From assembly GCA_964559285.1 (NCBI GenBank), contig CAZLHZ010000003.1:1-25886 (forward strand): 25,886 nucleotides of DNA, in the 5' to 3' direction. Made by a program: the position numbers and the translations under genes. This document shows, one piece after another, positions 1 through 8,027 of the stretch. This stretch comes from an uncultured Actinomycetes bacterium. Its GTDB lineage: Bacteria > Actinomycetota > Actinomycetes > S36-B12. Below the pieces are notes generated by a model. That model was not told where the DNA came from and did not search any database. It was given only the letters and a program-made list of their open reading frames with translations. Position 1 is the first letter of the stretch. Every line of letters starts with the position of its first letter.

Positions 1-96
1 TTCGTCTGGGTCGCGGGCATCTGGCTCATCGTTCTGGGCATCTTCGAGATCATTTCCTCCTTCATGGTGCGCTCGGCTGCCAAGAAGGCCGCATAA
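1..96 (+). CDS. 3' end of a membrane protein, HdeD/DUF308-like (partial, runs in from the left edge)
   Basis: Frame 1 reads FVWVAGIWLIVLGIFEIISSFMVRSAAKKAA* (TAA 94-96). A hydrophobic helix with G-x-W-L-I-x-x-G-x-x-E resembles the last helix of HdeD/DUF308 proteins. Not in the ORF track. Confidence 0.55.
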   Translation, partial: FVWVAGIWLIVLGIFEIISSFMVRSAAKKAA

Positions 97-98
97 CC

Positions 99-121
99 GG
101 ACGCTGGTCTTCACCAGTTCC
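99..121 (+). terminator. Short stem-loop between the partial gene and iclR (possible terminator or operator)
   Basis: GGA-C-GCTGGT CTTC ACCAGT-TCC, about 9 bp stem with one bulge and one G-U pair. No U tract. Confidence 0.3.
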
Positions 122-127
122 TGACCC

Positions 128-766
128 ATGGCCGCGGAGACCTCGCAGACCCTTGATCGAGGTCTCCGCGTCCTGGGGGTGCTGTCGGAATCCCCGGACG
201 GGCTCACCGTCACCGAGGTCGCTGCTGCGATCCGGGTGAGCCGCACCGTCACCTATCGCCTCATCGTCACCCTCGAACGCCACGCGCTGGTGCGCCGCAG
301 TGCCGATGGTCGCTGGCGCATCGGCATGGCGGTCCTCAGTCTGGCCCGTCAGGTGCAGCCCCTGCTGCGGGAGTTCTCGACCTCGGCACTGCGCCGGCTC
401 GCGGATGCCACCGGTGCCACGGCGTACCTCGCCATCGTGGATGGTGCCGACCTGGTCATCGTTGCCGACGCCGAGCCCACGCACTCCGAGCTGCATGTCG
501 CCGTGCGGGTCGGCTCGCGCCTGCCGATGGATCGCAGTGCTGCTGGTCGCGCCATCGCCGGGGCTCGCTCCGGCCGACCGATGGAGCCGGGCTGGGTCGG
601 GTCGGTGGACCCTGCCACCGGAGCACTGGCCGTCGCGGCTCCCGTCCTTGGACCACCCGGACTCGAGGCGGTGACCGGGGTGGTGGCCCTCGGCGACGCG
701 CGCGCCGGTGACCTCGGCGGCCACGCCATCCGGGCCGCCGGGGAGATCGCCCGCGCCCTCGGCTGA
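128..766 (+). CDS. IclR-family transcriptional regulator (short effector domain)
   Basis: N-terminus SQTLDRGLRVLGVL...LTVTEVAAAIRVSRTVTYRLIVTLERHALV is the IclR winged HTH. The C-terminus has VGSRLPMDRSAAGRAI and LAVAAPV IclR effector-domain motifs. Confidence 0.9.
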   Translation: MAAETSQTLDRGLRVLGVLSESPDGLTVTEVAAAIRVSRTVTYRLIVTLERHALVRRSADGRWRIGMAVLSLARQVQPLLREFSTSALRRLADATGATAYLAIVDGADLVIVADAEPTHSELHVAVRVGSRLPMDRSAAGRAIAGARSGRPMEPGWVGSVDPATGALAVAAPVLGPPGLEAVTGVVALGDARAGDLGGHAIRAAGEIARALG

Positions 767-800
767 GCGATGCCGTGGTCGGGCCGCTATCGCGATGTCC

Positions 801-830
801 TTGACGGCCCCCCGTGGAGGGGGTCAGACT
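801..830 (+). promoter_or_regulatory. Candidate sigma70/HrdB promoter with a palindrome in the spacer
   Basis: TTGACG (801-806), 18 nt, CAGACT (825-830). The spacer contains CCCCCC-GTGGA-GGGGG. Confidence 0.35.
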
Positions 831-908
831 CACGCAGTCACCTTGTCGGCGTCGACGGTGACCGGCGGGCGCTCTACTGCCGCGGGTGAGGCATGGGGGA
901 ATGTCACT

Positions 909-1496
909 ATGGCAATCGGTCTGAGCGTGATGAACCATCCGGTGCTGAGCACGGCTGTGCGCGTCACCGATGTGGAGCCTGGGGGGATCGCCTCCCGATG
1001 GGGACTCCGATCGGGCGACGACGTACTGAGTGTGGATGGTCACGCCTTCACGGACGTCGCCAGCCTCAAGAATGCCTTGGCGGGGATGGAGCACAATGAC
1101 GGCACAACCGTGACCGTATCGCGCGCTGGATCTGTCCTCATCCTTGCGCGCGGCGGTGTGACGGAAGCCGCTCCGGAGGCCGCCGCGCAAGTCGAGTCAC
1201 AGTTGCAGCGCGGCCAAGCAGCGGGCTACACCCTCGGGGCTACCGCGCTGGAAAGCGCGAGATCGGTCGAGGGCCTCGGCAAGGTGGTCGCCGGATTCGG
1301 TATCGCCGTCATCGTCCTTGGCATCGTGGCCGGGGTGATCCTCGCAGCCGCCGGACAGCCGGCCGTCGGCATCGGGTTGGCGTTCGCCTCGCTCATTCAG
1401 GGGCTGCTCCTGCAACTTCTGGGTCGATATGCCGAGATGCGGAGCCAGGTCGCGCGTCACCAGTTGTCGCAGGGGTACGTGCAGCAGACGCGTTAG
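909..1496 (+). CDS. PDZ-domain protein with a C-terminal two-helix membrane anchor (~195 aa; start uncertain)
   Basis: VRVTDVEPGGIASRWGLRSGDDVLSVDGHAF...TVTVSRAG is a bacterial PDZ pattern. Two hydrophobic segments follow (VVAGFGIAVIVLGIVAGVILAAA; AVGIGLAFASLIQGLLLQLLG). ATG 909 is preceded by GGGGGA. The ORF track start at 708 overlaps iclR. Confidence 0.7.
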   Translation: MAIGLSVMNHPVLSTAVRVTDVEPGGIASRWGLRSGDDVLSVDGHAFTDVASLKNALAGMEHNDGTTVTVSRAGSVLILARGGVTEAAPEAAAQVESQLQRGQAAGYTLGATALESARSVEGLGKVVAGFGIAVIVLGIVAGVILAAAGQPAVGIGLAFASLIQGLLLQLLGRYAEMRSQVARHQLSQGYVQQTR

Positions 1497-1560
1497 CCCC
1501 AGGCACGTCGCACGACGTCGTGGCACCGACGGCGGTCATCAACCTGATAGACACCCCCCC

Positions 1561-2934
1561 GTGACCGAATCCTCGTCCGCGGGCACCGCCTCGACCGCCG
1601 CCCCGCCTGCCGCTGCCCCACGCGAGCAGGTGCGCATCCTCGGGCTGGCCGTCCTGGTCGGCGTCTGCGCTGCCGTCGCGGCCTCCGTCTTCCTGTGGCT
1701 CATGGCCCGCGGTCAGGAACTGATCTGGGATCGACTCCCGCGCCAGTTCGGCCTCGTGGGCAGTGACGGACGCCTCGCCTGGTGGTGGATCGCCCTGGTC
1801 CTCGTGGTCGCCGCAGGGGTCGTCGCTCTTGCTCGCCGCATGCCCGGCGCCACCGGCAACGGTCCCCTGAGCGGATTCCACTTCAATGATGCGCCCGCGA
1901 TCATGCCGTCCGTTCTCATTGCGTCATTCGCGACTCTGCTCTTTGGCATCGCACTCGGTCCGGAAGCCCCCCTCATCGTGCTTGGCTCCGGAGTGGGTGC
2001 GCTCTTCGCGTGGCGCGCAGCCCGCCCCGACCCGTCGGCCTCACCTATCGCCATGGCCATGATGATGGTCGGTGGCCTCGCCGCGATCAGTGCCGTCTTC
2101 GGCAACCCCTTCATCACGGCGTTCATGCTGCTGGAGTTCAGTGCCTTCGGGCTCGTGCCCGCGCGTCTCATCGTGCCCGGATTCGTTGCGCTTGCATCGA
2201 GCTATCTCGTGCAGGTTGGCCTGTGGGGACTTCCCGGCTTCGGTGTTCATCCGCTCTCGGTGCCCGGGGTTCCGGTGTACTCCACGGTCAAGTTCGGTGA
2301 TCTGGTTACCGGTGTCGTCGTCGCGCTCATCGCCGCTGCGCTGTCGATCCTCATCCAGAAGGCGGGATCCGCCATCGACCGCCTTCAGCGACATCGTCCA
2401 CTCCCGGTGCTCGTGGGTGCCGCTCTCATCACTGCCGCAGTTGCGATCATCGCGGTTGAGTTCCTGGGACTTCCGTTGGACAGTGTGCTCTTCAGCGGTC
2501 AAACCGGAATGCCAAGCCTCATCGCCGAGACATCGCTGGTGGCGGTCATCGCGATCCTGCTCTTCAAGGCAGTGGCGTACGCCGTTGCCCTCGGTGGTGG
2601 ATTCCGGGGTGGCCCGATCTTCCCGGCGACCTTCCTTGGTGTCGCGGTCGGCGTTGCCGTGCATCTCATCGTGCCGAACGTGTCCGTCACTCCGCTGGCG
2701 GCGGTGGGGATTGCTGCGTCGGCCGGCGCGATGATCCGACTGCCCGGCACGTCGGGTCTGTTGGCGATGCTGCTCGTCTCGACGGGTTCGGTGGCCGTCG
2801 CCCCCTTCGCGATCCTCGGTGCCGTGATCGGTGTCGTCATCCGCGTCTTCATGGATGGGCGCAGTTCGCATGTGGCTGCCGCTGGCAGCAGTTCGGCAGC
2901 AGCAGCTCCATCGTCTGGTAGGAATGCTCCATGA
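1561..2934 (+). CDS. ClC/EriC-family chloride channel/transporter (no CBS domains)
   Basis: Many TM helices. LGPEAP corresponds to the GxEGP gating-Glu motif and FRGGPIFP to the GxFxP motif. GTG 1561 chosen because the upstream ORF part overlaps the previous gene. Confidence 0.85.
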   Translation: MTESSSAGTASTAAPPAAAPREQVRILGLAVLVGVCAAVAASVFLWLMARGQELIWDRLPRQFGLVGSDGRLAWWWIALVLVVAAGVVALARRMPGATGNGPLSGFHFNDAPAIMPSVLIASFATLLFGIALGPEAPLIVLGSGVGALFAWRAARPDPSASPIAMAMMMVGGLAAISAVFGNPFITAFMLLEFSAFGLVPARLIVPGFVALASSYLVQVGLWGLPGFGVHPLSVPGVPVYSTVKFGDLVTGVVVALIAAALSILIQKAGSAIDRLQRHRPLPVLVGAALITAAVAIIAVEFLGLPLDSVLFSGQTGMPSLIAETSLVAVIAILLFKAVAYAVALGGGFRGGPIFPATFLGVAVGVAVHLIVPNVSVTPLAAVGIAASAGAMIRLPGTSGLLAMLLVSTGSVAVAPFAILGAVIGVVIRVFMDGRSSHVAAAGSSSAAAAPSSGRNAP

Positions 2935-3911
2935 GGACGCGAGAGCTGGGGGATGGACTGGCGGTGAGCTCGCTCGGTCTGGGCTGCATGGGAATGAGTG
3001 AGTTCTACTCGGGTCGAGATGATGCCGAGTCGATCCGGACCATCCATCGAGCGATCGATCTCGGCGTCACCTTCCTCGACACGGCGGACATGTATGGTCC
3101 CTGGACCAATGAGGAGCTGATCGGGCAGGCCCTCGTCGGTCGTCGCGATCAGGTGGTCCTCGCGACCAAGTTCGGGAACATGCGCGGAGCCGATGGTGCG
3201 TTTCTGGGCATCAACGGGCACCCGGACTATGTGCGGTCCTGCTGCGATGACTCACTTCGTCGGCTGGGCGTCGATGTCATCGATCTGTACTACCAGCACC
3301 GAGTCGATCGCACGGTCCCGGTTGAGGAGACCTGGGGCGCCATGTCGGACCTGGTGGCCGCGGGGAAGGTGCGCCACCTCGGCATCTCCGAGGCAGCCCC
3401 CGCGACGATCCGTCGAGCCCATGCCGTTCATCCGGTGGCGGCGGTCCAGACTGAGTGGTCCCTGTGGACCCGTGATGTCGAAGTGGATGGAGTCCGAGAG
3501 ACGACCCGCGCGCTGGGCATCGGATTCGTCCCCTACTCACCCCTGGGCCGTGGTGGCCTCACGGGCACGATCTCGACAGCGGATGACCTTGCGCCCGATG
3601 ACTACCGCCGGATGAGCCCTCGCTTCGCTGCTGACAATCTGCCGACCAATCTGTCGATCGTCGATGCGGTGCGAGCGGTTGCCGACCGCCACGGTGCCAC
3701 CCCAGCCCAGATCGCTCTGGCCTGGGTGCTTGCTCAGGGCGATGATGTCGTGCCGATCCCGGGAACCAAGCGCGTGCCCTACCTTGAGGAGAACGTCCGC
3801 GCGCTCGACATCGCACTGACTCCTGAGGATCTCGCCACCCTGGACGCGGCGGCTCCGCACGGCGGTGTGCGTGGCGACCGCTACCCGAATATGTCAACCG
3901 TCTACGTCTGA
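2931..3911 (+). CDS. Aldo/keto reductase (AKR13-like)
   Basis: [18 protein letters not shown] (catalytic D/Y), LATKFG (K), DLYYQHRVD (H), [19 protein letters not shown] overlap with the ClC stop. Confidence 0.95.
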   Translation: MRTRELGDGLAVSSLGLGCMGMSEFYSGRDDAESIRTIHRAIDLGVTFLDTADMYGPWTNEELIGQALVGRRDQVVLATKFGNMRGADGAFLGINGHPDYVRSCCDDSLRRLGVDVIDLYYQHRVDRTVPVEETWGAMSDLVAAGKVRHLGISEAAPATIRRAHAVHPVAAVQTEWSLWTRDVEVDGVRETTRALGIGFVPYSPLGRGGLTGTISTADDLAPDDYRRMSPRFAADNLPTNLSIVDAVRAVADRHGATPAQIALAWVLAQGDDVVPIPGTKRVPYLEENVRALDIALTPEDLATLDAAAPHGGVRGDRYPNMSTVYV

Positions 3912-3940
3912 GCAGAAGCAACGACACCGAGGAGATTGCC

Positions 3941-4303
3941 GTGAGCGTCGTCTATCAGATCATTGTCGTCCTGCACTTCATCGGCCTGGCAAGCCTGCTC
4001 GGTGGCTTCATCGTTCAGATGAAGAGTGCCGACAAGGGTGTCAATGCGGCGATGCTGCATGGTGCACTCACCCAGTTGGTCACGGGTGTGCTCATGGTGG
4101 GTCTCGTGGAGTCCAAGGTCGTCCCGGGTGAGGATCCTGCCGACCTCAGCATGTCCAAGATCGGCGTCAAGCTCGCGATCGTCGCCATCATCACGATCCT
4201 GGCGATCATCGGCCGCCGCAAGCAGCCGCCCCAGGTGGCGCTGTGGGCCATCATCGGCACCCTCACCCTGGCCAACGTCGTCATCGCCGTCTTCTGGAAC
4301 TGA
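3941..4303 (+). CDS. Small integral membrane protein (about four TM helices), unknown function
   Basis: GAGGAG RBS at 3929-3934 and GTG start. LHFIG and MLHGALTQLVTG segments plus KIGVKL resemble a conserved actinobacterial hypothetical membrane protein. Confidence 0.8.
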   Translation: MSVVYQIIVVLHFIGLASLLGGFIVQMKSADKGVNAAMLHGALTQLVTGVLMVGLVESKVVPGEDPADLSMSKIGVKLAIVAIITILAIIGRRKQPPQVALWAIIGTLTLANVVIAVFWN

Positions 4304-4328
4304 TCCACGGCGATCCTGCGGGGGATCA
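4301..4328. terminator. Inverted repeat at a convergent junction (possible bidirectional terminator)
   Basis: TGATCC (4301-4306, includes the + stop) pairs with GGATCA (4323-4328, includes the - stop). An inner alternative is GATCC-TGCGGG-GGATC. Confidence 0.3.
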
Positions 4329-6008
4329 CTCGGCGGGCATGTAGCCGTCCAGCACATCCTCGCGAATGAGGTCCGGATCGCGTTCCGCGGGATCGCCGAA
4401 TCCACCGCCGCTGGCCGTCATCAGTTTCACCAGGGTCCCTTTGGGGATGGGAATGCGAGTGGTGAGACCGTGCTGGCTGGTTCTGCCATCGGCGTACACG
4501 ACCTCGACGGTGTTGGGTCGACCCGGCTCGCCACCGGCCAGACCCCACGGCCGAATGCGTGTGCGGGCCAGCGCTGACGTGAGGTAGCAGTCCTCAAGCG
4601 CGCGGAAGAACAGATCGATGCCCAGGCCCCCGCGGAAGCGGCCGCGTCCGGCGGTGCCGGAGGCAGGGGCGCACTGCTCGATGAGCCACGGGTTGCGCGA
4701 CTCCCAGATCTCGGTCGGGGTGAAGCGGGTGGCCGACTGGGAGTGGAACATCTGGGCATGGGCACCATCGCGCGTGGATGTGGCTCCCTGCCCGACCGGA
4801 TGCGGAGCTCCATCCGCCCACGCCCGTCCGGTCTCCTCACGCTCCCCCCACCAGACGAGGGCATTGATGTCGCCTCCGCTGGATGCGGGGACCAGATCGG
4901 GTAACGCCGATGCCATGGCGGTGACGACGAGTTCGATCATGTGATCCATCGGGATGCCGTACATGAAGCAGGGAGCTGGTCGGACCGGATGGAAGATCGA
5001 CCCGACCCGGGTGAGCACCTCCACCGCGCGGAAATGGCCCTCATTGGGCTGGTGGGCCCCGGCGAGGAAGGACATCGCGAGGCGACAGCCAGCGATGGTC
5101 GAGGGCAGTGGACAGTTGATCGGGCCGGCCACCTGATCGGGCACGTCGGTGAGGTCGAAGCGCGCGGCGCCGTTTCGGATGATGAGTCGCACGGTGAAGG
5201 GGATGGGCTGACCGGTGACGCCGTCCTCATCGATGATGCTGGAGGCGCTGTAGTCACCGTCCGGGATCCCGCTGAACCACTGACGGATCTCGGCTTCACC
5301 GTTGGCATACATTCGCTCGACGCAGGCATGCACCGTGCTCATGCCGTGCCGATCCACAATGCGCTGCAGGGCGAGCCCGCCGGCGCGGGACCCGGCAATC
5401 ATGGCGTTGATATCGCCGATGACCGACTCGGGCATGCGGCTGTTGGCCAGCACCATGCGGTAGATCCCGTCGACGCGGTCCCCTGCGTCATAGAGCTTCA
5501 CGCCGGGGAAGATCGTGCCCTCCTGGAACACGTCCACCGTGTCGGTGCAGTAGGGATCCTTGCCACCGATGTCGAGCCAGTGCGCCTTGATGGCGGAGTA
5601 TCCGACGAGAATGCCCGATGCGAAGACGGGTGTCACAAGCGCCGCATCCTGAGGATGTGATCCCGTGCCGTAGGGGTCGTTGTAGAGGATGACATCACCC
5701 TCGCGCATCGCAGCGGGTCCACCGCAGGCCGTGACCGCCTCGGCCACGCAGAACCCCATCGTCCCCATGAATGCCGGAAGGGTGGGAGCTTGCGCAAGCA
5801 TGCGGATATCGGCGTCGTAGAGCGCGACCGCGAAATCAAGGGCCTCATAGATGATGGGCGAGAATGCGGTCCGAATGACCGCCCGCTTCATCTGGTCGGC
5901 TGCCGCGTTGAGCTGCTGTCGGATGATCTCGGTGAGCACGGGATCTGCATCGATGCCGACGCCGTTCGATGAGCCGGCGAATGTTGTGAGGACGATCTCG
6001 CCGCTCAT
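4326..6008 (-). CDS. Hydantoinase B/oxoprolinase-family subunit (HyuB-like)
   Basis: DPVLTEIIRQQL..AADQM, RTAFSPIIYEALDF, GDVILYNDPY.TGSHPQD, AHWLDIGG, FQEG, GRGRFRGGLG, SGGGFGDP. Confidence 0.93.
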   Translation of the reverse strand: MSGEIVLTTFAGSSNGVGIDADPVLTEIIRQQLNAAADQMKRAVIRTAFSPIIYEALDFAVALYDADIRMLAQAPTLPAFMGTMGFCVAEAVTACGGPAAMREGDVILYNDPYGTGSHPQDAALVTPVFASGILVGYSAIKAHWLDIGGKDPYCTDTVDVFQEGTIFPGVKLYDAGDRVDGIYRMVLANSRMPESVIGDINAMIAGSRAGGLALQRIVDRHGMSTVHACVERMYANGEAEIRQWFSGIPDGDYSASSIIDEDGVTGQPIPFTVRLIIRNGAARFDLTDVPDQVAGPINCPLPSTIAGCRLAMSFLAGAHQPNEGHFRAVEVLTRVGSIFHPVRPAPCFMYGIPMDHMIELVVTAMASALPDLVPASSGGDINALVWWGEREETGRAWADGAPHPVGQGATSTRDGAHAQMFHSQSATRFTPTEIWESRNPWLIEQCAPASGTAGRGRFRGGLGIDLFFRALEDCYLTSALARTRIRPWGLAGGEPGRPNTVEVVYADGRTSQHGLTTRIPIPKGTLVKLMTASGGGFGDPAERDPDLIREDVLDGYMPAE

Positions 6009-8005
6009 GCGTCTGCTCCCGATGTGCGAGCCACGCGGAGGATCTCCCCCTCGGGGTGGGCGTGGTAGCCCTGGTCCACGTAGGTCGTCGAGGTGGGTTC
6101 GGTCACGAGCAGCGGCCCCTGCCCGCCCGTGGGTGCGAGGTCGAGGCGGTCAACCACGGCGAAGTCGAGTCGCCGCTGCGCGCGGCAGCTCCACACGTGA
6201 CGAGTGGTGCCGGGCGCTGTGCCATCTGGGGTGCTCGGGTGCTGCGCGGGAGCATGGTCATCGGCGGAACGCAATGCCACCCAATGCTGGACCCGCACGG
6301 TCACGATCTCCGCAGCCGAGTCGAGCTGGTGGCCGTAGGCGGCTCGATAGGCGCTGAGGAAGCACTGGTACGTCGACTCCACATCACCGGCAAGCGAAAC
6401 GGTCAACGTGTGCTCCTGCCCTGAGAACCGAAGGTCGACGAAGACTGCGGTGTCGCCCCCATCTCCCGGGATGCCAGCAAGCAGCTGCGACGCCGCTTCG
6501 CCTACCCGGGCAAAGCCGGTGTCATCGAGCGGCGCGATGAGCGTGCGCGACGCACTCCGCACGAGGTCCGACTCCATGAGTCCGACAGCGGAGAAGTTCC
6601 CAGCTGTCGGCGGGACCACAATGTCCGGGATGTCGAGCTCATCGGCGATGAGCGTGGCGAAGAGCGGACCTGCACCACCGAAAGCCACGAGTGTGCTGGC
6701 GGTGGGGTCGACTCCCCGATCGACGGTGATGCCGCGGATCGCCTCCGCCATGTGCGAGGCCGCGATCCGCATGATCCCGTCGGCTGCAGCGTCGAGGGAC
6801 GGCAGGCCAGCCGCTGCGGCGACGTCGTCAACGGCATCTCGCGCGCGCTGTGCACTCAGGATCACGCCGGGTTGCAGTTCCCCCTCCGTCAGCAGCCCGA
6901 GCACAAGCGCCGAGTCGGTGACCGTGGCGATCGAGCCGCCACGCTGGTAGCAGGCGGGCCCCGGGATGGCACCGGCACTGCGCGGGCCGACGTGCAGGCC
7001 ACCGGCATCGACGATGGCGAGGGACCCGCCGCCGGCACCGACGGATCGGACGTCGACCCAGGGACACTGCAGGGGCAGACCGGCGACGGTGCCCTCGTAG
7101 AGCAGGGGCAGCTCACCATCGATCACGAGCGCGGTGTCGAAGCTGGTCCCGCCGACATCTGCGATGAGGGCCGAGGAGATGCGGTGACGGCGGGCTAGGC
7201 CCGCGGTGGCGGTGGCCCCGGCAACCGGTCCGGACAGGATCGTCTCGACGGGTCGCTCCAGTGCCTGGTCCACGGTGAGTGCACCACCACCGGATCGCGT
7301 GATGAGCAATTCACCGGTGAAGCCGCGAAGCCTCAGCTCACGATCAAGGGTCTGCAGGTAGGGGCCCATGCGTCGACGGACGAAGGCGTCGACGATGGTC
7401 GTCGTCGTCCGCTCATACTCGCGATACTCACCGGAGACACGATGAGACAGTGAGATGTCTCCGGTGAACCCGCTCTCGCGCAGGATCTCCTCGATCTGCA
7501 GCTCATGGCTCGGATTCGCGTAGGAGTGCAGGAGCACGACAGCCAGGGTGCTGATCCCTGCTGACGTGAATACTGCTGCGGCCGATCGGACATCATCGGC
7601 TTCCAGCGGCTGGTGAACGTGCCCGTTCGCCATCACTCTCTCGCGCACCTCGAGGCGATGGCGTCGAGGCACCATGGGCGCAGGTGGGTGCCACGTCAGC
7701 GCATAGGGGTCGTCCCGGTCACCACGACGGATCTCGAGGACATCGCGGAAGCCGGCAGTGGTGATGAGCCCGACCGGCGAGTCGCTGCCCTCACGCTCGA
7801 TGAGCGCATTGAGTCCGACCGTCGTGCCGTGAATGAGATGGCGACATCGGGGGAGGTCCTCCGGTCCCACGACGGCATCGACCGCATGGAGGACACCTTG
7901 CTCGGGATGAGCCGGCGTCGTGGGCACTTTGGCCACGCGGACTCGCCCATCGAGCCTCATCACCAGGTCAGTGAACGTGCCACCGACGTCGACCCCGATC
8001 GCCAC
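6005..8005 (-). CDS. Hydantoinase A/oxoprolinase-family ATP-binding subunit (HyuA-like)
   Basis: IGVDVGGTFTD, HGTTVGLNALIER, EYREYERT, SGPVAG, DVGGTSFD, VGAGGGS, GPRSAGAIPGPACY, AFGGAGPL. ATGA overlap with the B subunit. Confidence 0.95.
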   Translation of the reverse strand: MAIGVDVGGTFTDLVMRLDGRVRVAKVPTTPAHPEQGVLHAVDAVVGPEDLPRCRHLIHGTTVGLNALIEREGSDSPVGLITTAGFRDVLEIRRGDRDDPYALTWHPPAPMVPRRHRLEVRERVMANGHVHQPLEADDVRSAAAVFTSAGISTLAVVLLHSYANPSHELQIEEILRESGFTGDISLSHRVSGEYREYERTTTTIVDAFVRRRMGPYLQTLDRELRLRGFTGELLITRSGGGALTVDQALERPVETILSGPVAGATATAGLARRHRISSALIADVGGTSFDTALVIDGELPLLYEGTVAGLPLQCPWVDVRSVGAGGGSLAIVDAGGLHVGPRSAGAIPGPACYQRGGSIATVTDSALVLGLLTEGELQPGVILSAQRARDAVDDVAAAAGLPSLDAAADGIMRIAASHMAEAIRGITVDRGVDPTASTLVAFGGAGPLFATLIADELDIPDIVVPPTAGNFSAVGLMESDLVRSASRTLIAPLDDTGFARVGEAASQLLAGIPGDGGDTAVFVDLRFSGQEHTLTVSLAGDVESTYQCFLSAYRAAYGHQLDSAAEIVTVRVQHWVALRSADDHAPAQHPSTPDGTAPGTTRHVWSCRAQRRLDFAVVDRLDLAPTGGQGPLLVTEPTSTTYVDQGYHAHPEGEILRVARTSGADA

Positions 8006-8027
8006 GTCCGTAGTCTAGGGTTCAGCC
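8006..8027. promoter_or_regulatory. Two overlapping divergent -10 elements (leaderless-type promoters)
   Basis: Plus strand: TAGGGT 8016-8021, 6 nt before GTG 8028. Minus strand: TAGACT (8017-8012), 6 nt before GTG 8005. No RBS on either side. Confidence 0.65.

Noticed and set aside
1554-1560. C7 run just before the ClC start as a phase-variation tract
   Set aside because: Too short and unremarkable in high-GC DNA, and outside the reading frame.
4326-4360. HyuB-like C-terminus ends soon after DVLDGY, so possibly truncated
   Set aside because: All catalytic motifs are present and tail length varies in this family, so there is no evidence of a pseudogene.
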